A program made the translations under genes and the position numbers. From IMG/VR virus record IMGVR_UViG_3300036760_000988: a DNA stretch of 20,000 nt. One strand, written 5' to 3'. The DNA is from an uncultured virus (IMG/VR IMGVR_UViG_3300036760_000988) (lineage: Duplodnaviria > Heunggongvirae > Uroviricota > Caudoviricetes). Position 1 is the stretch's first letter. Each line of letters starts with the position of its first letter. This document shows positions 1-6,601 of this stretch, piece by piece. The notes under the pieces were generated by a model that worked only from the letters and a program-made list of their open reading frames with translations, was not told where the DNA came from and did no database searches.

Positions 1-494
1 AAGCGAGAGGATCTGCGATTTCGTGCCTGCTCCTTGTCGGTGGCCCAGCGAATGTTCCCAGGCATGTAGTCGCCGGTGTTGTCGATGCGATCGATCGACT
101 GTCCCCGGGGACGTGGGCCCAAGTGCTCGTTCACGTAGGCGGCGAACACCTCGAAATCGTGCAACCACGGCGCGTGGATGTGGATGTCGGGGTACCACGT
201 ACGCTGCCCCGTCTCGATGGGGCGACAGCGATCCTTGATCGAGACCCAGGTGCGATAGAGTGGGGTCCGCGATTGACCGTGCGTGGTGGCAACACGGCGC
301 ATGTTGTCCACCGCCAAGCAGCCGCACGATTTCGCATGACCAATCATGAGATTGGTCTCGCGCACCCACTTTTCCTTCCCACAGTCGCACTTGACGTGTA
401 CCCACCAAAATTTCTGTTTTTCGTTTTCGCCCTGCCGCTGCTCTCGTCCGAGAGCTGTCAGCCGACCGAATCGATCTCCGATTACGACACTCAT
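1..494 (-). CDS. Phage-type HNH homing endonuclease, 3'-truncated by the window edge (not in the ORF track)
   Basis: Manual translation from ATG at 494 gives MSVVIGDRFGRLTALG...VKCDCGKEKWV...KSCGCL...THGQSRTPLYRTWVSIKDRC...LGPRPRGQSIDRIDNTGDYMPGNIRWATDKEQARNRR, open to the window edge. GxRFGRL, CxCG, SCGC and SIDRIDNxGxYxPxNxRWAT-xxxQxxN are hallmark motifs of this family. SD AGGAGG lies at 505-500. Confidence 0.92.
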   Translation of the reverse strand, partial: MSVVIGDRFGRLTALGREQRQGENEKQKFWWVHVKCDCGKEKWVRETNLMIGHAKSCGCLAVDNMRRVATTHGQSRTPLYRTWVSIKDRCRPIETGQRTWYPDIHIHAPWLHDFEVFAAYVNEHLGPRPRGQSIDRIDNTGDYMPGNIRWATDKEQARNRRSSR

Positions 495-525
495 GGGAGC
501 CTCCTGCGTAGGAGGCTCCCATGAG
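490..525 (-). promoter_or_regulatory. Perfect 16-bp hairpin sequestering the SD and ATG of the HNH gene
   Basis: ctcatgggagcctcct (490-505), 4-nt loop, aggaggctcccatgag (510-525). On the minus strand the 3' arm reads AGGAGGctcccATGag. There is no U-tract on either side. Confidence 0.85.
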
Positions 526-573
526 CCTATTCGATTGTCAACTACTACGACGGGATAACTTCCAACAGGGGCG

Positions 574-673
574 GTCCATCACAAACATGATTACCTTTCC
601 CTGTCGGTCATTATCAGGTTTGTTACTGGACGTCTCTCGTCTGGAGACCGTCGATCACAAACATGATAACTTT
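574..673. repeat. Degenerate direct repeat: non-coding copy (574-597) of a segment near the 3' end of the capsid-candidate gene (650-673)
   Basis: gtccatcacaaacatgattacctt vs gtcgatcacaaacatgataacttt, 21/24 identical with a 14-nt exact core atcacaaacatgat. On the minus strand the copies read KVIMFVMD vs KVIMFVID. Confidence 0.8.
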
Positions 674-1198
674 CTCGTCGTCAGTGGCCCCCGTGTTGAG
701 GAGGGTGAGCGCGTTCACGGAGCCGACCGTGAAGAACTGCGCCTCGACGGCGAAGTTCTGGCGGACGGGCACCATGATCGGGCGGGCCAGCTTCAGGATC
801 GACTCCTGGGTGGGCTCACCCAGGTTGAAGATCGACGTGGTGGCGTCGAAGCCCCACACGCCGCCGCCCGACGGGTAGTACCAGCACGGCGCCTGGAACG
901 CCGGCTTGTCGCCCAGGGACAGCGTGAAGTACAGCTGCGACGTGACCCGCAGGTAGTTGTTCCGGCGGTTGGTGCCGTTGAAGTACAGCCAGCACCGCAG
1001 CGCCAGGATGATGTACGTCTGGTCGCTCGCGAGCTGACCCGCCACCTGCAGGTTGGTCAGCGCGAGATTCCCGACGTTGGCGTTGCCGAACAGTCGCTGG
1101 GACGACTGGATGGTGGGCGTCGGATCGCCCGTGGTGCGGATCAGCGTATCCCAGAACGGCTGGTGCCGTCTTTCCTTCACTCCGTGCAGACGCGGCAT
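623..1198 (-). CDS. 191-aa beta-strand-rich protein; candidate single jelly-roll major capsid protein
   Basis: The real start is likely MPRLHGVKERRHQPFWDTL at 1198 (GGAG SD at 1210-1207, A-rich spacer). It has many alternating hydrophobic strands (YIILALRCWLYF, LYFTLSLG, PIMVP, FAVEAQF, VIMFVIDG), no TM helix, and its own structured leader at the end of the structural operon. The CDS is solid; the capsid role is inference. Confidence 0.6.
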   Translation of the reverse strand: MPRLHGVKERRHQPFWDTLIRTTGDPTPTIQSSQRLFGNANVGNLALTNLQVAGQLASDQTYIILALRCWLYFNGTNRRNNYLRVTSQLYFTLSLGDKPAFQAPCWYYPSGGGVWGFDATTSIFNLGEPTQESILKLARPIMVPVRQNFAVEAQFFTVGSVNALTLLNTGATDDEKVIMFVIDGLQTRDVQ

Positions 1199-1227
1199 GT
1201 TGTTTTCTCCACTGTTTTTAGTTTCGT

Positions 1228-1316
1228 CCCGAGCCATCTCGGGGCAGGAGGGGTGGCTTCCCCACCGGAGATCACAGCATTGAGGGTTTGCAGAAACAGA
1301 GTTTGCGAACCGCAAA
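1228..1316 (-). promoter_or_regulatory. Structured intergenic leader upstream of the capsid candidate (three short hairpins)
   Basis: Stems are tttgcg/cgcaaa (1302-1316), ggtgg/ccacc (1252-1266) and cccgag/ctcggg (1228-1243), followed by an A-rich tract and the SD. Confidence 0.45.
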
Positions 1317-1317
1317 T

Positions 1318-1542
1318 TTACGAATACAGCCTTTGGTACTTCCTGCGACGACGCCGGATCTCGGCGCCGATCTTCACCTTCGCGTGCGCGATGCGGGCGT
1401 GCCGCACGATCTTCTTCCGTCGCTTGACCAGCTGCCAGGCCACGAGCCCTCCACCCAACCACACCCACCACGGCGTGCCCGTGAGGACCCCCGAGAGGGG
1501 GTGTGGTTGGGCGGCGGGCACCGTGGGCTGGACGTAGGACAT
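1318..1542 (-). CDS. 74-aa membrane protein, MSYV N-terminus, basic C-terminus
   Basis: MSYVQPTVPAAQPHPLSGVLTGTPWWVWLGGGLVAWQLVKRRKK...RRRRRKYQRLYS. TGATG overlap with the upstream gene. Confidence 0.8.
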   Translation of the reverse strand: MSYVQPTVPAAQPHPLSGVLTGTPWWVWLGGGLVAWQLVKRRKKIVRHARIAHAKVKIGAEIRRRRRKYQRLYS

Positions 1543-1754
1543 CAGCGGCTCTTGCCGTACGTCTGGTGCATCTGCTGCCGCTCTGTTGGCGTCAAGCGCA
1601 GTGCGTAGTTCTTGTCGTACCAGCGCCAGGCGAAGTAGCCCCCCGCCAGCCACGCCCACCACGGCAGATCAGGAACCAACCCCCCCAGCGCACTGAGGGG
1701 TTGCGGTGGCGTGGCGAGCGAGGTGCCCGGCACTCTGGTGTTGACGTAGGACAT
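1542..1754 (-). CDS. 70-aa membrane protein, MSYV N-terminus; paralogue-like to 1318-1542
   Basis: MSYVNTRVPG...PQPLSALGGLVPDLPWWAWLAGGYFAWRWYDK. It shares PWWxWLxGG with the next gene and starts 1 nt after the upstream stop. Confidence 0.8.
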   Translation of the reverse strand: MSYVNTRVPGTSLATPPQPLSALGGLVPDLPWWAWLAGGYFAWRWYDKNYALRLTPTERQQMHQTYGKSR

Positions 1755-1755
1755 A

Positions 1756-3273
1756 CTACCCGAGCGAACCCATCCCACCGGCGAAGATGCCGGTGTAGAC
1801 CTGCGCGCGGGCGTCACGCTGTGGTGACCAGTTCGGGATCTGCTTCACGAAGTTCTTCGAGGGCACCGGCGCGAGCATGGACCGCTGCGCGACCGGGGCG
1901 AGCTGCGTGTTCGCGCCGCCCAGCTCCTGCTGCAGCGCGCCCAGCTCCTCCTCCATGCCGGACTGCGACATGTCGCCCAGCTCCTCCTCGGCGCCGGTCT
2001 CGATGTAGTCGCCCATGCCGGTCTCCATGTACTCGCCGGTCTCCATGTACTCGCCCATCTCCTGCTGGAGGGCGCCGAGGGCGTTGTCGTACACGCCACT
2101 GTCGCCGATGGCCAGGTACTGCTGGATCGACGCGGGCGCGTACGTCTTGACCACGGACATCAGCATGTTGATGCCGAGGCCCGCGAGGATGCCCTGCCGC
2201 CACTTGGCGAGCGGGCCTCGCTTGGTCGCGAAGTGCCCCGCGCCGACCATGAGCAGGGACAGCACCGGATCACGGTGCTGCCCGAGCTTGTCGAGGCCCG
2301 GGATCATCGGGCCCACCTTGTTGGTGATCAGGCGGCCGACGACCATGCCCCCCAGCACCGGCGCGGCGTGCTTGGCGACATCGCTGAGGAAGCCGATCGC
2401 GCCCGCGGGGTTCCGCGTGTACAGGCTCTTGATCTTGCCGCGGCTGATCGTGCCGCCCTTGCGGCGCCGCGCGCGTCCACCGCGGATGCCGTAGGCCCGG
2501 CGTGCCGCCGTGCGGCCCGACACCCGACGACGCCGCGGCGCGGCCCGACGGCGCCCGCGCGTCGACCGGCGACGCCGCGGGGCGGCGCGACGGGCCGACT
2601 TCCGCGAGCCCGACTTGCCGTACCGGCGCTTGCGCGTGCGCCACGCCTTCTTGCCGGCGGCCGAGCGGCTGCGCTTGCGCCCACGCCGCGGGGCGGCGCG
2701 ACGGGCGGACTTGCGGCTGCCCGACTTGCCGTACCGGCGCTTGCGCGTACGCCACGCCTTCTTGGCGGCGGCCCGACGCCCGCGCTTGCGCCGCGGAGCC
2801 GCCCGGCGCGCGGTCTTGCGGCTGCCCGACTTGCCGTAGCGGCGCTTGCGCGTGCGCCACGCCTTCCGGCTGGCTGCCGCACGCTTGGGGGACTTCCGAC
2901 GACGCTTCGCCATGGTGCTGCCTCTCTTTCGGGTGGTGGACGTAGTGGTGGTCTTGGCGCCGGCATACGCGCGGCGCGCTTTCGCGTAGCCCGCGCGACT
3001 CCGCGCCTTCCGGGCCTTGGGCTTGGGATACGAGGCGCCGCCGCCGAACGTGCGGGCGTAGCCGGCGCGGTACGCCGCCCCCGAGCCCTTCGCGCTCGGG
3101 TTGCGACGCCGCCGCACGGTGCGCCGCGGGTTGGTCTTGTACGAACCCTTGACCCGCGGATGTGCGAGGCGACGATGACGTGCAATAGAACGCCCCTTAC
3201 GCTTCGGGTTCCGGCGCGACTTGCGACGCGCAACGGGGCGGGGGCTCGACGGATTGACGTACCAGATGGGCAT
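1756..3273 (-). CDS. 505-aa bipartite protein: Arg/Lys-rich protamine/histone-like N-half, Gly-rich hydrophobic helices and an acidic repeat tail; candidate DNA-condensing virion core protein
   Basis: Start MPIWYVNP at 3273 with a GGAG SD. It has three copies of KAWRTRKRRYGKSGSRK(T/S)ARRAAPRR and five NP motifs. The C-part contains APVLGGMVVGRLI, VLSLLMVGAGHF, GILAGLGINMLM and then GEYMET/EEELG repeats. Confidence 0.8.
   Translation of the reverse strand: MPIWYVNPSSPRPVARRKSRRNPKRKGRSIARHRRLAHPRVKGSYKTNPRRTVRRRRNPSAKGSGAAYRAGYARTFGGGASYPKPKARKARSRAGYAKARRAYAGAKTTTTSTTRKRGSTMAKRRRKSPKRAAASRKAWRTRKRRYGKSGSRKTARRAAPRRKRGRRAAAKKAWRTRKRRYGKSGSRKSARRAAPRRGRKRSRSAAGKKAWRTRKRRYGKSGSRKSARRAAPRRRRSTRGRRRAAPRRRRVSGRTAARRAYGIRGGRARRRKGGTISRGKIKSLYTRNPAGAIGFLSDVAKHAAPVLGGMVVGRLITNKVGPMIPGLDKLGQHRDPVLSLLMVGAGHFATKRGPLAKWRQGILAGLGINMLMSVVKTYAPASIQQYLAIGDSGVYDNALGALQQEMGEYMETGEYMETGMGDYIETGAEEELGDMSQSGMEEELGALQQELGGANTQLAPVAQRSMLAPVPSKNFVKQIPNWSPQRDARAQVYTGIFAGGMGSLG
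1992..2060. repeat. Coding 18-bp tandem repeat (GEYMET units)
   Basis: gccggtctccatgtactc occurs at 2017-2034 and 2035-2052, with a degenerate copy near 1993-2010. Confidence 0.8.
2572..2870. repeat. Three coding tandem repeats of 105-111 bp period in the basic protein
   Basis: The core cccgacttgccgta(c/g)cggcgcttgcgcgt(g/a)cgccacgccttc begins at 2609, 2720 and 2825. Both periods are multiples of 3. Confidence 0.9.
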
Positions 3274-3354
3274 TGTTCTCTCCGTTAGGGACGGCGACGT
3301 TTGCAACTCACTAAGTCGTCGCCACGAACCGGAGAGATCGTGGAGGCAAGGCTA

Positions 3355-3383
3355 AGTGAATGCGATCTCACCATCCGTGTCAA
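3355..3383 (-). promoter_or_regulatory. Possible sigma70-type promoter for the basic-protein/capsid sub-operon
   Basis: Perfect TTGACA at 3383-3378, a 17-nt spacer, and only a weak -10 (TTCACT, 3360-3355). It lies in one of the few intergenic gaps of the operon. Confidence 0.35.
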
Positions 3384-3387
3384 GGTG

Positions 3388-3636
3388 CTATTTCTTCCAC
3401 AAGGAGATCAGGGTCGAGACTCCCGCCGCCACCACCGCGGTGGCGATCGAGATGCCGATGTAGATGCCGATGACCTTGGCCCGCCAGTCGGCGTGGGTCT
3501 TGACCTCCCCCTCGATGAGCTGGATCCGCCCGGTGTGGTCCTTGAACTTGTCCTCGAAGTCATTCAGCTTGGTACAGACCTCGCCCATGCTGCGGTGGAG
3601 GTCGATCAAGATCTCATCACGCTGATGTTCGTTCAT
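3388..3636 (-). CDS. 82-aa coiled-coil protein with C-terminal TM helix (XhlA/holin-accessory-like architecture)
   Basis: MNEHQRDEILIDLHRSMGEV...RIQLIEGEVKTHADWRAKVIGIYIGISIATAVVAAGVSTLISLWKK. ATGA overlap with the upstream gene. Confidence 0.75.
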   Translation of the reverse strand: MNEHQRDEILIDLHRSMGEVCTKLNDFEDKFKDHTGRIQLIEGEVKTHADWRAKVIGIYIGISIATAVVAAGVSTLISLWKK

Positions 3637-4121
3637 CCGACGATCCCTTCCGCGCGCACGTCTAGCGCGCCGCCCCAGAACCCCGCCAGGAGGCGTGCGG
3701 ATCGTCCGTCGACCTCGATCACCAGGAGGGCTTTCCCGTCTGGGGTGGCGTACAGCTCGGGCAAGGGTTGCTTCACCTTGGCCTCGACCGGCTGGTCGTC
3801 GAAGTCGGTGTACTCGAAGCCTAGACAGTCCCCGAGCTTGTAGAGCGTGGTCACGGTCTGTACGAAGGTGGGCACCGCGATCTTGATCTCTCCGCGCGCA
3901 TCGGGGCGGTAGCACATGACACCCCCCTCGAAGTCGTGGATGTAGTCGTGCATGATCCCCTCCCACTTGTCCGAGCGGTAGCAGATGTGCACGCCGGCCC
4001 CGACGGAGTAGATCTTGGGCGGGATCCGCAGCCCCGCCAAGAGGCCCTGCTCGATCGGCGGGAACTTGTGGAAGCGCGCGTAGCCCTCCTGCGCCGCGTT
4101 CAGATCGGGGGGGTTCTTCAT
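3633..4121 (-). CDS. 162-aa soluble hypothetical protein (possible minor virion protein)
   Basis: Normal composition and strong GC3 bias, with ATGA coupling at both ends. Motifs include YARFH, YRSDKW, YIHDF and GGALDVRAEGIVG. Confidence 0.8.
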   Translation of the reverse strand: MKNPPDLNAAQEGYARFHKFPPIEQGLLAGLRIPPKIYSVGAGVHICYRSDKWEGIMHDYIHDFEGGVMCYRPDARGEIKIAVPTFVQTVTTLYKLGDCLGFEYTDFDDQPVEAKVKQPLPELYATPDGKALLVIEVDGRSARLLAGFWGGALDVRAEGIVG

Positions 4122-4594
4122 GGCCGGTACTCCTTCAGGAGCTGAACGAAGCCTGGGTTCGAGAGGGCGTCGCGTCCGCGCGCGGCGCGGATGAGATCGA
4201 CGGTCTCTGATGTGGGGAGGTGGGTGTGCTTGCGCACCGCAATCCCCGTCACCAGGCCCGAACGATTCAATCCGGCGTAGCAGGTGACCAGGCAGCGCCG
4301 GTTGCGATCGAGCAGCTCGGCCACGCGCTCGCCGGCACGCACGGCAATGTTCACCTCGTGCGGTGAAGGCGTGCGCGTGTCGTCGAACGGCGCGTAAATC
4401 AGGAGCGTACGTCGCGGATCACCAAAGTCGGGCTGGTACTCCTCCGCGCAGAACACCACCACGTGGAAGTCCCGCAACTCCCGCAAGGCTTCCGGGCGTC
4501 CGCCCATGTAGAGCCCGCGGATCACCCGATCCGCGTCGAGGCCCGCGGGGAGGGGCTTGCCGCCCGTGATGTAGCGATCCGGGACGTAACTCAC
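4118..4594 (-). CDS. Dual-specificity/protein-tyrosine phosphatase (CX5R), 158 aa
   Basis: P-loop LVTCYAGLNRSG, upstream GLYMGG, acid loop APFDD, and C-terminal IRAARG..ALSNPGFVQLL. GTG start at 4594 (GTGA overlap) gives MSYVPDRY. Confidence 0.92.
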   Translation of the reverse strand: MSYVPDRYITGGKPLPAGLDADRVIRGLYMGGRPEALRELRDFHVVVFCAEEYQPDFGDPRRTLLIYAPFDDTRTPSPHEVNIAVRAGERVAELLDRNRRCLVTCYAGLNRSGLVTGIAVRKHTHLPTSETVDLIRAARGRDALSNPGFVQLLKEYRP

Positions 4595-4908
4595 TTGCGC
4601 TTCTTTCCCCAGTGCTTCCACAGCCAGTACCCGACCCCTCCCGCGAGGAGGAGCTTCACCAGCGAGGTCTCGTTGTTCGAGAGTCCACCGAGGGTCGCGA
4701 TCATCCCGCGGGGATCCGCGCCGGTGCCCGTCTGCTTGGCGCCGGCCGGCAGCGGCCAACCAGCAGTGGCGGGATCCATGCCCAGCTCGGCGCGACTGAA
4801 CTTGCCTCCGGCGGACAGATGCCCGGTGACCGGCGGGCGGTCGTCGTGCATGCCCGTCTCGTAGTACGTGTAGATCTTCGCGTCGGGATTCCACACGGAG
4901 TAGATCAT
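4591..4908 (-). CDS. 105-aa protein with C-terminal TM helix and basic tail
   Basis: MIYSVWNP...TLGGL...LVKLLLAGGVGYWLWKHWGKKRK. Translationally coupled at both ends. Confidence 0.8.
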   Translation of the reverse strand: MIYSVWNPDAKIYTYYETGMHDDRPPVTGHLSAGGKFSRAELGMDPATAGWPLPAGAKQTGTGADPRGMIATLGGLSNNETSLVKLLLAGGVGYWLWKHWGKKRK

Positions 4909-5090
4909 CGGCGTCGCCCCTTCTGCGCCTTCTTTTTCTTGCGCTTCCCCTTGAACAGGAGGAGCCCCGCCACGGCGGCCTGCGCCAGGAGCCGTGCGCC
5001 CAGGCTAACTCCCGTCGTGACCGCCAACGGGACCACCTTGACCCCGGCGGGCAAGATGTCCCCGGCGCCGTCTGTGCGGACGTAGCTCAT
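4905..5090 (-). CDS. 61-aa membrane protein, MSYV N-terminus, polybasic tail
   Basis: MSYVRTDGAGDILPAGVKVVPLAVTTGVSLGARLLAQAAVAGLLLFKGKRKKKKAQKGRRR. The ATG at 5090 is 1 nt after the upstream stop. Confidence 0.75.
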   Translation of the reverse strand: MSYVRTDGAGDILPAGVKVVPLAVTTGVSLGARLLAQAAVAGLLLFKGKRKKKKAQKGRRR

Positions 5091-5091
5091 C

Positions 5092-5499
5092 TCAGCGCCG
5101 CCGACGCCGCCTGGCGGGCTTGCTCGCACCGCGCTTGCCAGTGAGTAGGAACACCCCGAGAAGCGCCGCGCCGCCGAGGAGCGCGTACGTGGGCAGGTTG
5201 CCGATGCCGGCCGTCTTCACACCTGCCCCGCCAGGAGTGGTGCGGAACGGCGCGACCGGCGGCACATAGACATCTGACGCCTTGGCGTACTTCTTCGGGT
5301 CGTACTGCTTCCCCGCCGCCTTCGCCGCCGCGTACTGCTTGGCTGCGTCCGTGCCCGGCTTGAGCCCCGCCCGGATCAGCTCCAGCGGATCGATCGGCGG
5401 TGGTGTCGGGGTCACCGCCTGGGTGAGGCTCGCCCACAGCTTGTCGGTCCAGCTCTGTGTCGGTGGGGGTGCGGACCAGCCAGTCTGAACATAGCTCAT
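5092..5499 (-). CDS. 135-aa membrane-anchored protein, MSYV N-terminus, polybasic tail
   Basis: MSYVQTGW...GNLPTYALLGGAALLGVFLLTGKRG...RRRRR. ATGA overlap, with a GGAGG SD inside the upstream Arg codons. Confidence 0.85.
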   Translation of the reverse strand: MSYVQTGWSAPPPTQSWTDKLWASLTQAVTPTPPPIDPLELIRAGLKPGTDAAKQYAAAKAAGKQYDPKKYAKASDVYVPPVAPFRTTPGGAGVKTAGIGNLPTYALLGGAALLGVFLLTGKRGASKPARRRRRR

Positions 5500-5615
5500 C
5501 GCCGCCTCCGCTTCGGGTTCGTGGTCTTCTTGCCCTTGAGCAGGATCACGGCGAGGAGTGCCGCGCCGCCGAGGAGCGCGTACGTCGGCAGGTTGCCGAG
5601 GCCCGCGGTCTTCAC
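5165..5615. repeat. 56-bp direct repeat encoding a shared membrane-anchor module in two adjacent genes
   Basis: 5165-5220 vs 5560-5615, 52/56 identical. Encodes VKTAG(I/L)GNLPTYALLGGAA. Confidence 0.9.
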
Positions 5616-6086
5616 GCCGCCAGGCGTGACGGCCCGCAACACCGGGAGCGTGGCCTGTTGCATGCCCGTGGACCGCAGCACCGGCGTAGCCAGCGCGAGG
5701 CTCCCCTTTGCGGTCTGCGCCGCGATCAGGGGGAGTAGAGCGGCATGCGCCAGCTCCCCCGTCGGGGCCTTCGCGCCCCCGACGGCGGCCTGGATGTTGT
5801 TCCAGGCGGCCTGCGCATCGAATGAGAGCGTGCCGCGACTGAGCGGCGTCAGCCCCTGCTCCCGCAGGCGGGCGTATGCCGCGCGTAGCACTTCCACGTT
5901 CGCCTGTAGCTCCTCCGCCGGACCGTGCATGAACAGCGGGCCCCCCAGCTCACGCGCGGGGGCGGTCGACGGCGGGAAGGGGTAGCCCCGCCAGTCCTGC
6001 ACGTAACGCCGCTGCGCTCCGTACTGATAGTAGCGGGGATCGTAGGGCGCCGCCTGGTACGGCGTGTTGGTCGGGAGGTAGCTCAT
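5496..6086 (-). CDS. 196-aa membrane-anchored protein, MSYL N-terminus, polybasic tail
   Basis: Tyr/Pro-rich N-terminus, ELGG motif, and C-terminal YALLGGAALLAVILLKGKK..NPKRRRR. Confidence 0.85.
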   Translation of the reverse strand: MSYLPTNTPYQAAPYDPRYYQYGAQRRYVQDWRGYPFPPSTAPARELGGPLFMHGPAEELQANVEVLRAAYARLREQGLTPLSRGTLSFDAQAAWNNIQAAVGGAKAPTGELAHAALLPLIAAQTAKGSLALATPVLRSTGMQQATLPVLRAVTPGGVKTAGLGNLPTYALLGGAALLAVILLKGKKTTNPKRRRR

Positions 6087-6601
6087 CGTCTTCCTTTCCT
6101 TCTGCGCACCGGGCGTCGCTTGCGCGCCGGCTTGAGATTGCGCGACAAGTACTTGCGCGCCGCAAACGCGCCCCCGAACGCCAGCAGCAAGGCCCAGCCC
6201 ATCGGCAGCCCGGCCATACGGACGCTCATAGGTTTTACAGGTGGTTGGGTGCTCGCCGGCTGCAAGCGCCAGAGTGCGTAGTTCACGTTGTAGAGCGCCT
6301 CGGCCGGTTTACGCGTCAAGGGATTCAGCTTCTCTGTCCCCGGCGGCTTCATGAGCGCCACGTAGTCGTTCCACGCCGCGGTGTACACCCCCGCCGTGGG
6401 CAAGGGCCAGAGCATGACGTTCGACCCCCACGCCTCCGGCGCCGCGGGGTTGTGCACCGTGCCGTCCGCCTCGGTCCAGGGCGTGACTTGCAAGAACTTG
6501 CCCTGCCACGCCGCGGGCAGCGCCACGAGTTGATCGCGGAGCGCCTTCAAGGTCGAGTAGAGCGCGCTCGGGGTCGCGCCCAAGGTGGCCATGTACCCCA
6601 T
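6083..6601 (-). CDS. 172-aa membrane-anchored protein with polybasic tail
   Basis: MGYMATLGAT...MGWALLLAFGGAFAARKYL...RRRKGRR. TAATG and ATGA coupling. Confidence 0.85.
   Translation of the reverse strand: MGYMATLGATPSALYSTLKALRDQLVALPAAWQGKFLQVTPWTEADGTVHNPAAPEAWGSNVMLWPLPTAGVYTAAWNDYVALMKPPGTEKLNPLTRKPAEALYNVNYALWRLQPASTQPPVKPMSVRMAGLPMGWALLLAFGGAFAARKYLSRNLKPARKRRPVRRRKGRR

Noticed and set aside
490..525. Classical intrinsic terminator
   Set aside because: There is no U-tract in either direction, and SD/ATG sequestration explains the stem better.
513..541. TTGACA (541-536, minus strand) as the -35 of an HNH promoter
   Set aside because: There is no plausible -10 hexamer at 16-18 nt spacing; that position falls in the GC-rich hairpin arm.
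574..673. Template/variable repeat pair of a diversity-generating retroelement
   Set aside because: The repeat is too short, the mismatches are not adenine-specific, and no reverse transcriptase is present in the window.
1205..1300. Hammerhead ribozyme or riboswitch in the capsid leader (stem followed by CGAAAC)
   Set aside because: The CUGANGA core is absent and no known aptamer consensus could be matched by eye.
2572..2870. Regularly spaced ~40-bp repeats resembling a CRISPR array
   Set aside because: The intervening sequences are also similar to each other, the periods are multiples of 3, the variation is synonymous within a CDS, and there are no cas genes.
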